From the NCBI GenBank assembly GCA_002501605.1, contig DANW01000030.1, positions 24,553-88,552 of the forward strand: 64,000 bases of DNA. Reading direction: 5' to 3'. The translations under genes were made by a program, and so were the position numbers. Below, in pieces: positions 36,701-45,505 of this stretch. The notes under the pieces are model-generated. The model saw only the letters and a program-made list of their open reading frames with translations, searched no databases and was not told the DNA's origin. The first letter of the stretch is position 1; every line of letters begins with the position of its first letter. The stretch comes from Euryarchaeota archaeon UBA28. GTDB taxonomy: Archaea > Thermoplasmatota > Poseidoniia > Poseidoniales > Thalassarchaeaceae.

Positions 36701-37867
36701 ATGAATCCAAATTTCATTCCACCCAAGAGGAAGACAAAGGTTGTCTTTGTGCAACTGGGATCCCCTGAGAGCCCGACACCAAAAGCTCTCAGAAAATACC
36801 TCAGGGAATTTTTGGGCGATCCAAGGCTAATAGATCTCAACCCATTGCTGTGGAAATTTATATTGAATTTTTTCGTGTTGCCATTCCGACCAAAAAAATC
36901 CGCAAAACTGTACGAGAGAATATGGGATGGGGAGAGTTTCCCACTCATCACCAACACTGAAGAGTTTACGAACAGGGTAAGAGAGAACCTGAAAGAGATG
37001 GATCCAGAAGGATATGTAGAGGTCAATCATGCCTTCCTGCTTTCCCCCCCATACGTTAACGAAGTCTACGATAGTTGGGAAGAAGATCTCAGGAATGGAA
37101 GAGGCGCAACCAAGCTAATGGTAATACCAATGTTTCCCCAATATTCTGAAAGCACAGTAGCATCGGGAATTGATGCACTTGCTAAGGAATTGTCAAAGAG
37201 AGTAAAGATCCCTACTTTTGAAGTTATAACAAACTTCCACCGCACACACGCTTTCGTGGACAACTCCGTCAAGATGATTGACACGAAACTGGAAGAACTC
37301 AAGTCGAAAGGGATTGAAGCAGATAAGCTACTCTTGACATTCCATGGCATGCAAAAGAGGCGTGTCGTGGAAAAGGGTGATGATTACTATCGTCACTGCT
37401 ATGAGACATTCAGACTGATAGTCGACAGACTTCAAAATATTGACCCTGACAGAGCAATAATGACGTTCCAAAGCAAATTCGGCTCTGAAGAGTGGATAAC
37501 TCCCTACACAGAGGACACAGTAGAAGAACTAATTTCAGATGGCGACAAGGAGATAGTAGTCTACTCGCCTAGCTTCGTAGTTGATTGTTTAGAGACAACA
37601 GATGAACTTGGTTACGAGCTAGCAAAGGATGCAAAGGAATGGGGAGGCAATATCCACACTGTTGATTGCCTCAACGTAGAGAATGATTGGTGTAGGGACT
37701 TCGCCAAATACACGTTTACTCAAGCAGAAGGATCTGCTCAGGAAAAAGAAGATATGGAGTATCAACTAGTACCATCAGATTACGAAAGCATGCCTCCCCT
37801 GACTATGGAGGAGCCAAGATTCTCAGCATCAAAAGAGGTCCTCCACCACACTCTGGAAAACGATTAA
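36701..37867 (+). CDS. hemH: Ferrochelatase
   Basis: LGSP...YLREFLGDPR, PMFPQYS, TFHG, FQSKFG..EW..P, FVVDCLET; start estimated. Confidence 0.95.
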   Translation: MNPNFIPPKRKTKVVFVQLGSPESPTPKALRKYLREFLGDPRLIDLNPLLWKFILNFFVLPFRPKKSAKLYERIWDGESFPLITNTEEFTNRVRENLKEMDPEGYVEVNHAFLLSPPYVNEVYDSWEEDLRNGRGATKLMVIPMFPQYSESTVASGIDALAKELSKRVKIPTFEVITNFHRTHAFVDNSVKMIDTKLEELKSKGIEADKLLLTFHGMQKRRVVEKGDDYYRHCYETFRLIVDRLQNIDPDRAIMTFQSKFGSEEWITPYTEDTVEELISDGDKEIVVYSPSFVVDCLETTDELGYELAKDAKEWGGNIHTVDCLNVENDWCRDFAKYTFTQAEGSAQEKEDMEYQLVPSDYESMPPLTMEEPRFSASKEVLHHTLEND

Positions 37868-37930
37868 TTTCAGTTAAACGTCCAATCAATGTACCATTCT
37901 CTTGATATGTGGTATCATATTGGGGTAACT

Positions 37931-40429
37931 ATGGCCTACAGCAAGTACACCTCCATTTTCATCCTGTCCATGATGCTGAGTGCGGGTTGTCTTTCCGCAA
38001 TGGATGATATAGCTGAAATTGAGGAGGAGGTAATCGACTCGGTACTAGATTGGCTAGATAGTGAGTACCCCCATCTAGATCTCCCAGCTCGTGAGAGGTC
38101 TTCTCCAGTACTCGAGACTTATGGCCAGTGCGAACCTCTTCTGGAAGATCTGAGGGATTCGATATACAACGAGATGCTAGTCTCCCTAGATCAGCATTCA
38201 TACTGGCATTGGGCAAGTCCACAGTGGCGTAATGGAGTTGTCTTCGCCGAGGATGATGTAGCGATGATGGATGGTGCTACCGAGGCCATATCAGCTGAAT
38301 CTGGATCTAATTCAGGAGCGTCAACAGATAGTAATTCGGGACGCGAGGGGCAGTTCTCTGGAACCAACAACCAGGAGGATGGTGTTGATGAAGCCGATTT
38401 TCTTAAGACAGATGGATACCACATATACATGTTAAACGGAAACCTTCTGGTCATAATGGGGGTTCCTGAGTTTGGCGAACTCACACTGGAGTCCAATATC
38501 AGCATACAGGGCTCTCCGATACAGATGATGCTTGAGGGCGATAGACTGGTCATTGTGTCTTCCATCTATCTACGAGACTTGGCACCCGGCGACCCACTAA
38601 GGGACCTGATGTCCAAAGAGGTCACAGTAAGCTACCCTGGCGAGGAAGAGTACTCCTACTCTTACACGCGCGTTCAGAATCTAGTAAAGTACACTGTAGT
38701 AGACATAACTGACAGAAACGCTCCAGAAGTAGAGAGTGAACTCTACATCGAAGGGAACTACCACACTGCCAGATTAGTGGATGGAACAATGAGATCTGTC
38801 ACCCATCTATGGACCTACATCGACGAACTAATGACATGGGTATATCTTCCGGATACATATTGGATGACGGAAAATGAAGAGGATAAGATGAATATCTGGA
38901 ACCAGAGCATGGAGGATACCATCGCCTCCAACCGGGCAATTATCGATAATCTGACCATGGATGACTTCGCGCCTCACGTCTACGAGCTAGGTGAAGAGGG
39001 CCTCTTCCAGCACCCAATCACATCCGATGACTGCGGCGAATACTCGGCTAGTGCAGACAGTGCGGGCCGTGGATTTAGTACAATCATGACCATTGAGCTA
39101 CTCGGAGAGGAGCCTCAGATGCAATTAGACCACATCACTTCAACATGGGCACACGTCTACGCCTCTCAGGATGTCATGGTGCTCGCAGAACCAGCCAATG
39201 ACTGGTGGTGGTTCTGGAGAAACTTCGACTGGGACGACGCAACTAATATTCACGTATTCGACATCAGTGACCCTTCTGAGACTACTTATCTCGCATCTGG
39301 AAGAGTTGATGGGACAGTCCAGGATCAGTTTTCCATCTCGGAATTCAATGATGTAATCCGTGTAGCCACCACAGAGGATGCGTGGGGGCGCTGGTGGCTA
39401 GAAGGTACCGAAGAGTGGACTGGCCCAACCAATAATGTGTTCACTCTCGCAGTCGCAGAATGCATGATTCCAGAGGGATGCGATGACTCAACTACTGAAT
39501 TGGTCCAAATCGGCCACTTAGGAGATATTGCACCAGATGAGCGTATTTGGAGTGCTCGATTTGTTGGAAACAGAGCCTATCTTGTCACATTCGAGATTAT
39601 TGATCCTCTTTGGGTAATAGATCTGACTAATCCATTCGAGCCAGCGATATTAGGAGAGCTCGAGGTCCCAGGAGTTTCTACCTACATACATCCTGTTGAT
39701 TCAGAAACTCTCCTGACAATCGGAATCGGTCCCGGGCCAGATGGGCTCGGACTAGACTGGTCCATGACACAGGTTTCACTCTTCGATGTCAGTGACCCAA
39801 CCAACCCCACATTAGCGGATTCACTACAGTTGTCGCCTGCATTCGAGGACGATTATTGTGACGAATGGGGATGTGGATGGTCGTGGTCACACTCAGAGGC
39901 CACATATGAGCACAAGGCATTCACCTACTGGGCCCCAGAACAACTTCTCGCAGTCCCACTGTCTACTTACAGGTACATCTACGAACAGATCGAGATTGAC
40001 GACACCACCTACACATACTCTGGATACGAGTTTGTCTCGACACTTGAACTGGTCAATATCGATGCGGAGAATGGAACACTATCTACTCATGGAATGGTTA
40101 ACCACTCCGAGTTCTACAATGATGACGGGCTATCTAGTTGGTGGAGTGGGTCAACCAGTATCCGTAGATCGATTTTCATGGGCGACTACATCTATGCCTT
40201 CTCTTCGGCAGGTGCCTCTGTTCACAGGACCGGTGACCTCACTTCCATGGTCGAACTTGAGATTCCTGGATACGAAAATCCAGCCATTTACTACTATGAG
40301 ACAGAGGGTGAATTGGAGTCAGAAGACTCAGCAAATAAAGATGATGACGATGGAGAGTCCCAATCCTCATCGGGAGATAGCGAGACTCATCCTTGTAACG
40401 AACCAGATGCCGAAAACTGCGATGATTAG
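37931..40429 (+). CDS. Secreted lipoprotein-like beta-propeller domain protein
   Basis: Lipobox-like LSAGC; TNNQEDGVDEADFLKTDG, QFSISE, ERIWSARF, DPLWVIDL, GELEVPGVSTYIHP. Confidence 0.88.
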   Translation: MAYSKYTSIFILSMMLSAGCLSAMDDIAEIEEEVIDSVLDWLDSEYPHLDLPARERSSPVLETYGQCEPLLEDLRDSIYNEMLVSLDQHSYWHWASPQWRNGVVFAEDDVAMMDGATEAISAESGSNSGASTDSNSGREGQFSGTNNQEDGVDEADFLKTDGYHIYMLNGNLLVIMGVPEFGELTLESNISIQGSPIQMMLEGDRLVIVSSIYLRDLAPGDPLRDLMSKEVTVSYPGEEEYSYSYTRVQNLVKYTVVDITDRNAPEVESELYIEGNYHTARLVDGTMRSVTHLWTYIDELMTWVYLPDTYWMTENEEDKMNIWNQSMEDTIASNRAIIDNLTMDDFAPHVYELGEEGLFQHPITSDDCGEYSASADSAGRGFSTIMTIELLGEEPQMQLDHITSTWAHVYASQDVMVLAEPANDWWWFWRNFDWDDATNIHVFDISDPSETTYLASGRVDGTVQDQFSISEFNDVIRVATTEDAWGRWWLEGTEEWTGPTNNVFTLAVAECMIPEGCDDSTTELVQIGHLGDIAPDERIWSARFVGNRAYLVTFEIIDPLWVIDLTNPFEPAILGELEVPGVSTYIHPVDSETLLTIGIGPGPDGLGLDWSMTQVSLFDVSDPTNPTLADSLQLSPAFEDDYCDEWGCGWSWSHSEATYEHKAFTYWAPEQLLAVPLSTYRYIYEQIEIDDTTYTYSGYEFVSTLELVNIDAENGTLSTHGMVNHSEFYNDDGLSSWWSGSTSIRRSIFMGDYIYAFSSAGASVHRTGDLTSMVELEIPGYENPAIYYYETEGELESEDSANKDDDDGESQSSSGDSETHPCNEPDAENCDD

Positions 40430-40449
40430 TATAACTCCCTCAGGACTTG

Positions 40450-41802
40450 TCACTCAAACCTAAGAGCCCTTCCAACTGTTCCGGGCTGGGCGATTGGAAG
40501 CCCACGTAGATCTCCTCCCACTTTCCTCTTATGTACAACCTTGCCATCGACGATGGTGTAAATTGGCCAACCGGTAATCTCCCTTCCTGCATAAGGCGTC
40601 CATCCTACCCTCGTCCATGTGTCTGAATCAGAGACTATCCTCCTTGTATCAAGATCTACAAGAGTCAAATCACCATCAAAACCCTCGATAAGTGAGCCCT
40701 TGTTTTTTATTCCGTAAACTCTAGCCGGGCCTTCGCACATCCATTTGACCACGTCAGAAACACTACATTGCTTATCCATGGCATGGGTAAGCATCATGGG
40801 AAGGGAGGTATCTACTCCAGGCATTCCTGCAGGAGCGTTTGGATAACCTACTGATTTAGATTCCAATGTGTGTGGCGCGTGATCGGTAACTACACAGTCG
40901 ATCGTGCCATCCTTTAGCCTCCTCCACAGAGAATCCTTGTCATCAGTATACCTTATTGGAGGATTCATCAAGGCACGAACTCCAAGCTCTTCCACATCAT
41001 CTTGATCGAAAGTAAGATGTTGGGTACAGACCTCTGTGGTTATGAGTTCGCCTTTGTTCAAGGACAACCAATCTGCTTCAGCACCACTAGTCAGGTGAAC
41101 TATGTGTAGCCTATGATCATGATCTTTAGCCAGTGCAGAAGCTCTTTTCGTAGCAATTAGTGCGCACTCCACATCCCTACATTCGGCATGGGCGGCAATA
41201 TCTTCCCTATGTTTGAACTGTGGTATTCTAGACTGCAATCTATCTTCATCCTCTGCATGGGTGGCTATCACTCCTCCCGTGTTGGCAAAAATATCCTCAA
41301 GATGCTTCTGTTCATGAACAAGCAAATCACCAGTACTACTGCCCATGAAGACTTTGATACCACAAACACCGTCCATTCCCTCAACACTGCGCATCTCCTG
41401 AACATTGCTCGAAGTGGCCCCAATGAAAAAACCATGATTCGTAACAGTTTTCCTTGCTGCTAATTGAATCTTGAATTCTAGCTCTGCTCTACTAGTCGCA
41501 TTAGGAACAGTATTGGGCATATCAAGAAACGATGTGATTCCCCCAGCAGCAGCAGCCCTGCTCCCACTTTCCAGATCCTCCTTCTCAGGATTTCCTGGAT
41601 CTCGGAAGTGAACGTGTGGATCGATAGCTCCAGGGAGCATATAAAGTCCAGTAGCATCAATAATCAGTTCTCCGGGATGATGATCCAGCCCGCCGTTTGG
41701 AGCTATAGTTTTGATAATTCCAGATTTAATCCGGAGATCCCCCTCTGCAATACCACTTGGAAGAACCATTGCTGCATTCTGGATTAGTACGTCCCCGCCC
41801 AT
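40450..41802 (-). CDS. pyrC: Dihydroorotase
   Basis: IDPHVHFRDPG, DMPNT, IKVFMGSS, THAED, NPPIR, TDHAPH. Confidence 0.92.
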   Translation of the reverse strand: MGGDVLIQNAAMVLPSGIAEGDLRIKSGIIKTIAPNGGLDHHPGELIIDATGLYMLPGAIDPHVHFRDPGNPEKEDLESGSRAAAAGGITSFLDMPNTVPNATSRAELEFKIQLAARKTVTNHGFFIGATSSNVQEMRSVEGMDGVCGIKVFMGSSTGDLLVHEQKHLEDIFANTGGVIATHAEDEDRLQSRIPQFKHREDIAAHAECRDVECALIATKRASALAKDHDHRLHIVHLTSGAEADWLSLNKGELITTEVCTQHLTFDQDDVEELGVRALMNPPIRYTDDKDSLWRRLKDGTIDCVVTDHAPHTLESKSVGYPNAPAGMPGVDTSLPMMLTHAMDKQCSVSDVVKWMCEGPARVYGIKNKGSLIEGFDGDLTLVDLDTRRIVSDSDTWTRVGWTPYAGREITGWPIYTIVDGKVVHKRKVGGDLRGLPIAQPGTVGRALRFE

Positions 41803-41877
41803 GGTACCACTGGTACTTGGCGTGTATTCTAGCACATCACCATTGCCGTAATATACGGGCTGGGAATTGAGGTTGTG

Positions 41878-41886
41878 TTCATATAT
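41878..41886 (+). promoter_or_regulatory. TATA-like box of the tRNA gene
   Basis: TTCATATAT 20 nt before the tRNA 5' end; the same TGTTCATATA occurs upstream of radA (42077-42086). Confidence 0.5.
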
Positions 41887-41906
41887 GGCAAATGCACCGG
41901 GCGCAC

Positions 41907-41984
41907 AACGGGTTGGAGTAGTCAGGTTATCTCGTCGGGCTCATAACCCGGAGATCGGTGGTTCAAATCCACCACCCGTTACCA
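41907..41984 (+). tRNA. Initiator tRNA-Met (CAT), CCA encoded
   Basis: Acceptor stem AACGGGT/ACCCGTT (A1-U72), anticodon arm TCGGG-CTCATAA-CCCGG with three G-C pairs, T arm GGTGG-TTCAAAT-CCACC, 3' ACCA. Confidence 0.95.
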
Positions 41985-42123
41985 ATAGTAAATCTAAACT
42001 GAAAGTGAAAAAACGTGTTACTGCATATAAATTTGACAAAATAATCACTTTCAAAATACAGATGCACCCCATCGTTTGTTCATATACCTCCGTGTACCGG
42101 ATGGGCTCATACAAGGTGAGGAA

Positions 42124-43125
42124 ATGGACGAGAAGACAGCAAGTGAGAAACTCGATGAGGAGGAAGTGGTGATTGATGTGGACGAGCCTCAGGCTACCAT
42201 AGAGGACCTCCCAGGTGTGGGTCCAGCAACGGCTGAGAAGTTAAGGGATGCTGGATTTGACGATCTACTTGCCATAGCTGTGATGAGCCCCTCTGAATTG
42301 GGCGAGCAAGCTGAACTTGGAGAAGCAGTATCTGCGAAGATAATAGCTGGTGCAAAGAAATTAGCCAACATTGGAGGATTCATCAGCGGCGTAGCCCTCC
42401 TAGACAAGCGCAGTAAAGTCATGAAACTAACATCCTCGACAAGTGCATTGGATGAGCTACTCGGAGGCGGTTTCGAAACCCAATCGATAGTCGAAGTTTA
42501 CGGGGAGTTCGGAAGTGGAAAAACTCAGGTCGGACATCAATTAGCTGTAAATTGTATACTTCCTGTCGAACAAGGTGGATATGGTGGCGAGGTTTTCTAC
42601 ATCGATACTGAAGACACATTCAGGCCAGAAAGAATCACCCAAATGGCCGAGGGGATGGGGTTGGACGCATCCGAAGTCTTGGAGAGGATTCACGTCGCTA
42701 GGGCTTACAACTCAGCTCACCAAATGTTGCTGGTCGATGAAATACAGAGGATGGGGAGAAGCATTGATGTTAGACTGATCATCGTCGACTCACTTACAAG
42801 CCATTTCAGAGCTGAATTCCTTGGACGAGGGATGCTCGCCGCCAGGCAACAGAAGCTCAACAGACATCTCAAAGATCTGAAAAAGCTGGCCGATGTAAAC
42901 AATGCACTTGTTTTGGTGACCAATCAAGTTCATTCCAAACCCGATGCAATGTGGGGGGACCCAACAAAGCCGATCGGTGGACACATCGTCGGGCACGCAA
43001 GCACATTCCGCCTGTACCTTAGGAAATCCAAGGGGGGCCGTAGAATTGCTCGCCTAGTGGACAGTCCTAACCTACCTGATGGGGAGGCGGTCTTCAACGT
43101 GACAAGCGAGGGTCTGCGGGATTGA
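42124..43125 (+). CDS. radA: DNA repair and recombination protein RadA
   Basis: N-terminal HhH ([12 protein letters not shown]), [29 protein letters not shown]; GGTGAGG SD. Confidence 0.97.
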   Translation: MDEKTASEKLDEEEVVIDVDEPQATIEDLPGVGPATAEKLRDAGFDDLLAIAVMSPSELGEQAELGEAVSAKIIAGAKKLANIGGFISGVALLDKRSKVMKLTSSTSALDELLGGGFETQSIVEVYGEFGSGKTQVGHQLAVNCILPVEQGGYGGEVFYIDTEDTFRPERITQMAEGMGLDASEVLERIHVARAYNSAHQMLLVDEIQRMGRSIDVRLIIVDSLTSHFRAEFLGRGMLAARQQKLNRHLKDLKKLADVNNALVLVTNQVHSKPDAMWGDPTKPIGGHIVGHASTFRLYLRKSKGGRRIARLVDSPNLPDGEAVFNVTSEGLRD

Positions 43126-43149
43126 TCACCCGCGGACCCCGTGTCCGAC

Positions 43150-44877
43150 TTAACTGAGTTCGGCCATCGCCATTCTGACTTCACTAATTAGTGAGTCCAG
43201 ATGCTTCTCCCCAAATCCAAGCTCTATATCCGCAGCGGAGAACAGTTCTGGGAGGGTCTTTGTATTTCCCAAGGTCATTGCATTAGAGTAGTCAGAAAGG
43301 GCCTTTGCCGGATCATTCCTTTGAGTTCTCCATAATTGTAGGGCACCCAATTGTGCTATTCCATATTCTACATAGTAGAACGGAACCCCAAATAGATGGC
43401 CCTGCTGTTGCCAAGACGTATCCCTGTGTCCCTGATAGTCACCCCATTCCATATTGGACCCGAACCTGTCCCTTATCGAATTCCAAACGGCTTTCCTTTC
43501 ATCCCTAGTGTGCCCTGGATTGGAGTATATCCAATGTTGGAAAGAGTCTATTGTCGCAATCCATGGTAGGAGGAAGATAATACCTTCAAGATGTCCTAAT
43601 CTAGCCCTATTTGCCTCCTCATCATTATAGAATTCCCCCCATTCATTCTGAGTCATCAATTCCATAGACATTGATGCTACTTCGGCGAATTCTATTGGAT
43701 AACTTCTCTCTCCAATCAACTCCAGATGGCCACAGTATATTGAGTGGAATGCATGTCCTGCCTCATGAATCATCGTCTCCAAATCGCCTTGTAAGCCAGC
43801 CGCGTTCATGAATATGAATGGTACCCTACTCTTCTGTAAGTAATACTGGTAACCTCCGGGCGCTTTGCCCTTTCTTGTGTCAAGATCGAGAGTATCCATC
43901 TCCACTAACATGTCGAACTTCTCTCCTAAATCTGTAGACATTCTGTGAAATAATCTTGAAAGCTTGCTGACCATCTCATTCACATCGGCAAATGGCTTCA
44001 ACGGAGCCCTCCCATCAAGGTCAGGTCCTACCCCAGTCTTCTCGTTCACATCCCATGGCCTCAAACTCCCAAGCTCGAGAAAATCTATTCTTCTAGAATT
44101 AATCTCTCTCATCAAAGGGACACAAACTGCTTCGATTGCATCATGGAATTCAAGACAGTCATTCTTGGTGTAATCAAACCTCTCCATTGCTCGGAACATA
44201 TAATCGGTATATGTCTCAAACCCAGCGTTTATTGCTATCTCATTCCTTATCACAATAAGCTGATCAAATATCTCAGAGAGCCTCCCTTCGTCCTGTAGCC
44301 TCCGATCGGCAACTGCCTTCCAAGCTCCTTCTCTGACCGACCTTTCATTTGACTCAAGAAAAACTCGCATTTCTGGAATTGTATATTCTTCCCCCTCGTA
44401 CTCCACGCTCATTGCACCATTTATCGTCTGAGCCTCGGTAACCAGTTTTGTCTGCTCCACGCTCAGTGGAATGTTCTCCTTCCTGAAAATCTCAACATCA
44501 TTTTTCATTGACCTAATCATCAGATCATATCTTTCCGGCAAGTCCTCTATGGCTTCATGACTAACTATTCTACGATTAAGAGAGTCCGAGAACTCGGAAA
44601 GCTTGGGCCGAACATTCTCCACGAAATCTAGGAAGGCACCCTTCTTCTTTTCGTTCTCCGTGTCACAGGTCATACTAATGTACAACAAGGCACCTTTTTC
44701 GGAGATATGTTCGGATAACTCAGAAGCATCTCTGATAATGCCCTCTAAACATTTTGAACAAGAAATCTTCCTATTTAGAAGCTCTTCAGTATATGCTTCA
44801 ACTTCTATCCAGCTACTTGGATCAAAGCCATCTTCGACATATGAACCAGAATTCTTCCCAGCACCAATATTCACCAT
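43150..44877 (-). CDS. M3 family oligoendopeptidase
   Basis: HEAGH, EFAEVASMSME, GKAPGGY, HLFGVPFYYVEY. Confidence 0.93.
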   Translation of the reverse strand: MVNIGAGKNSGSYVEDGFDPSSWIEVEAYTEELLNRKISCSKCLEGIIRDASELSEHISEKGALLYISMTCDTENEKKKGAFLDFVENVRPKLSEFSDSLNRRIVSHEAIEDLPERYDLMIRSMKNDVEIFRKENIPLSVEQTKLVTEAQTINGAMSVEYEGEEYTIPEMRVFLESNERSVREGAWKAVADRRLQDEGRLSEIFDQLIVIRNEIAINAGFETYTDYMFRAMERFDYTKNDCLEFHDAIEAVCVPLMREINSRRIDFLELGSLRPWDVNEKTGVGPDLDGRAPLKPFADVNEMVSKLSRLFHRMSTDLGEKFDMLVEMDTLDLDTRKGKAPGGYQYYLQKSRVPFIFMNAAGLQGDLETMIHEAGHAFHSIYCGHLELIGERSYPIEFAEVASMSMELMTQNEWGEFYNDEEANRARLGHLEGIIFLLPWIATIDSFQHWIYSNPGHTRDERKAVWNSIRDRFGSNMEWGDYQGHRDTSWQQQGHLFGVPFYYVEYGIAQLGALQLWRTQRNDPAKALSDYSNAMTLGNTKTLPELFSAADIELGFGEKHLDSLISEVRMAMAELS

Positions 44878-44922
44878 ATAGGTTCCACCGGGCATGCTAA
44901 TATTACTCTGACTATCAGATAT

Positions 44923-45486
44923 TCAGAAATCACTCATTGATGCGTGCAATAGGAATGATTGCTCTAGCATAATGTCTTCTATCGACTCCCCATCAACAGT
45001 ATATCCTATTTTCATGAGACCTTCTCTAGAAGGACAAGGTCTCGTCGGTATCATTGAACCGTCCAGAAGCTCTATCATCTTCTCCGCTTCCTTTGAGTAA
45101 GTATTGTATTCCTCGACTGGGAGATTTGTATCACCAATTAATTCCCCCACATCTAATTCGGGAAGACGAAGTAGCCAAGCCTTGCAGTCTCCATTTGAGA
45201 CTCCAGATCTATCTATAGCAGTACTAATCTGTCTAGTCCCAGAAACAATCCTTAGAAATTCTGCTCCTAAATCCCTCGCGACCATGCTACCCCGATCTTC
45301 GTTGACTCTCGCCTTGTGCCATACTGACCATAAATGAACCTCACTGGCAATCACATCGAAGGAGACCATAAACCAGCGATCATCAGGCCTAAAATTATTG
45401 ATTTTTGAGATCAGCGCGGGCACATCTTCTATCATCGATGGGAAACTGACCGCCCAGGCTGGAAACCAAGGAACGGTTCTCATCAA
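44923..45486 (-). CDS. cgi121: KEOPS complex subunit Cgi121
   Basis: ARDLGAEFLRIVSGTRQISTAI motif; immediately downstream of hel308. Confidence 0.75.
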   Translation of the reverse strand: MMRTVPWFPAWAVSFPSMIEDVPALISKINNFRPDDRWFMVSFDVIASEVHLWSVWHKARVNEDRGSMVARDLGAEFLRIVSGTRQISTAIDRSGVSNGDCKAWLLRLPELDVGELIGDTNLPVEEYNTYSKEAEKMIELLDGSMIPTRPCPSREGLMKIGYTVDGESIEDIMLEQSFLLHASMSDF

Positions 45487-45505
45487 CTCACGGGATGCCC
45501 GGAGT

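Noticed and set aside
39858-40463. 201-aa same-strand alternate-frame ORF in the beta-propeller gene
   Set aside because: Main frame is intact and family-like; no sign of frameshift or independent start signals
41907-42123. tRNA as an integration site for an island or provirus
   Set aside because: No integrase and no duplicated tRNA 3' end noticed; flanked by core genes pyrC and radA
41867-42172. 101-aa ORF upstream of radA
   Set aside because: Overlaps the tRNA-iMet gene; spurious
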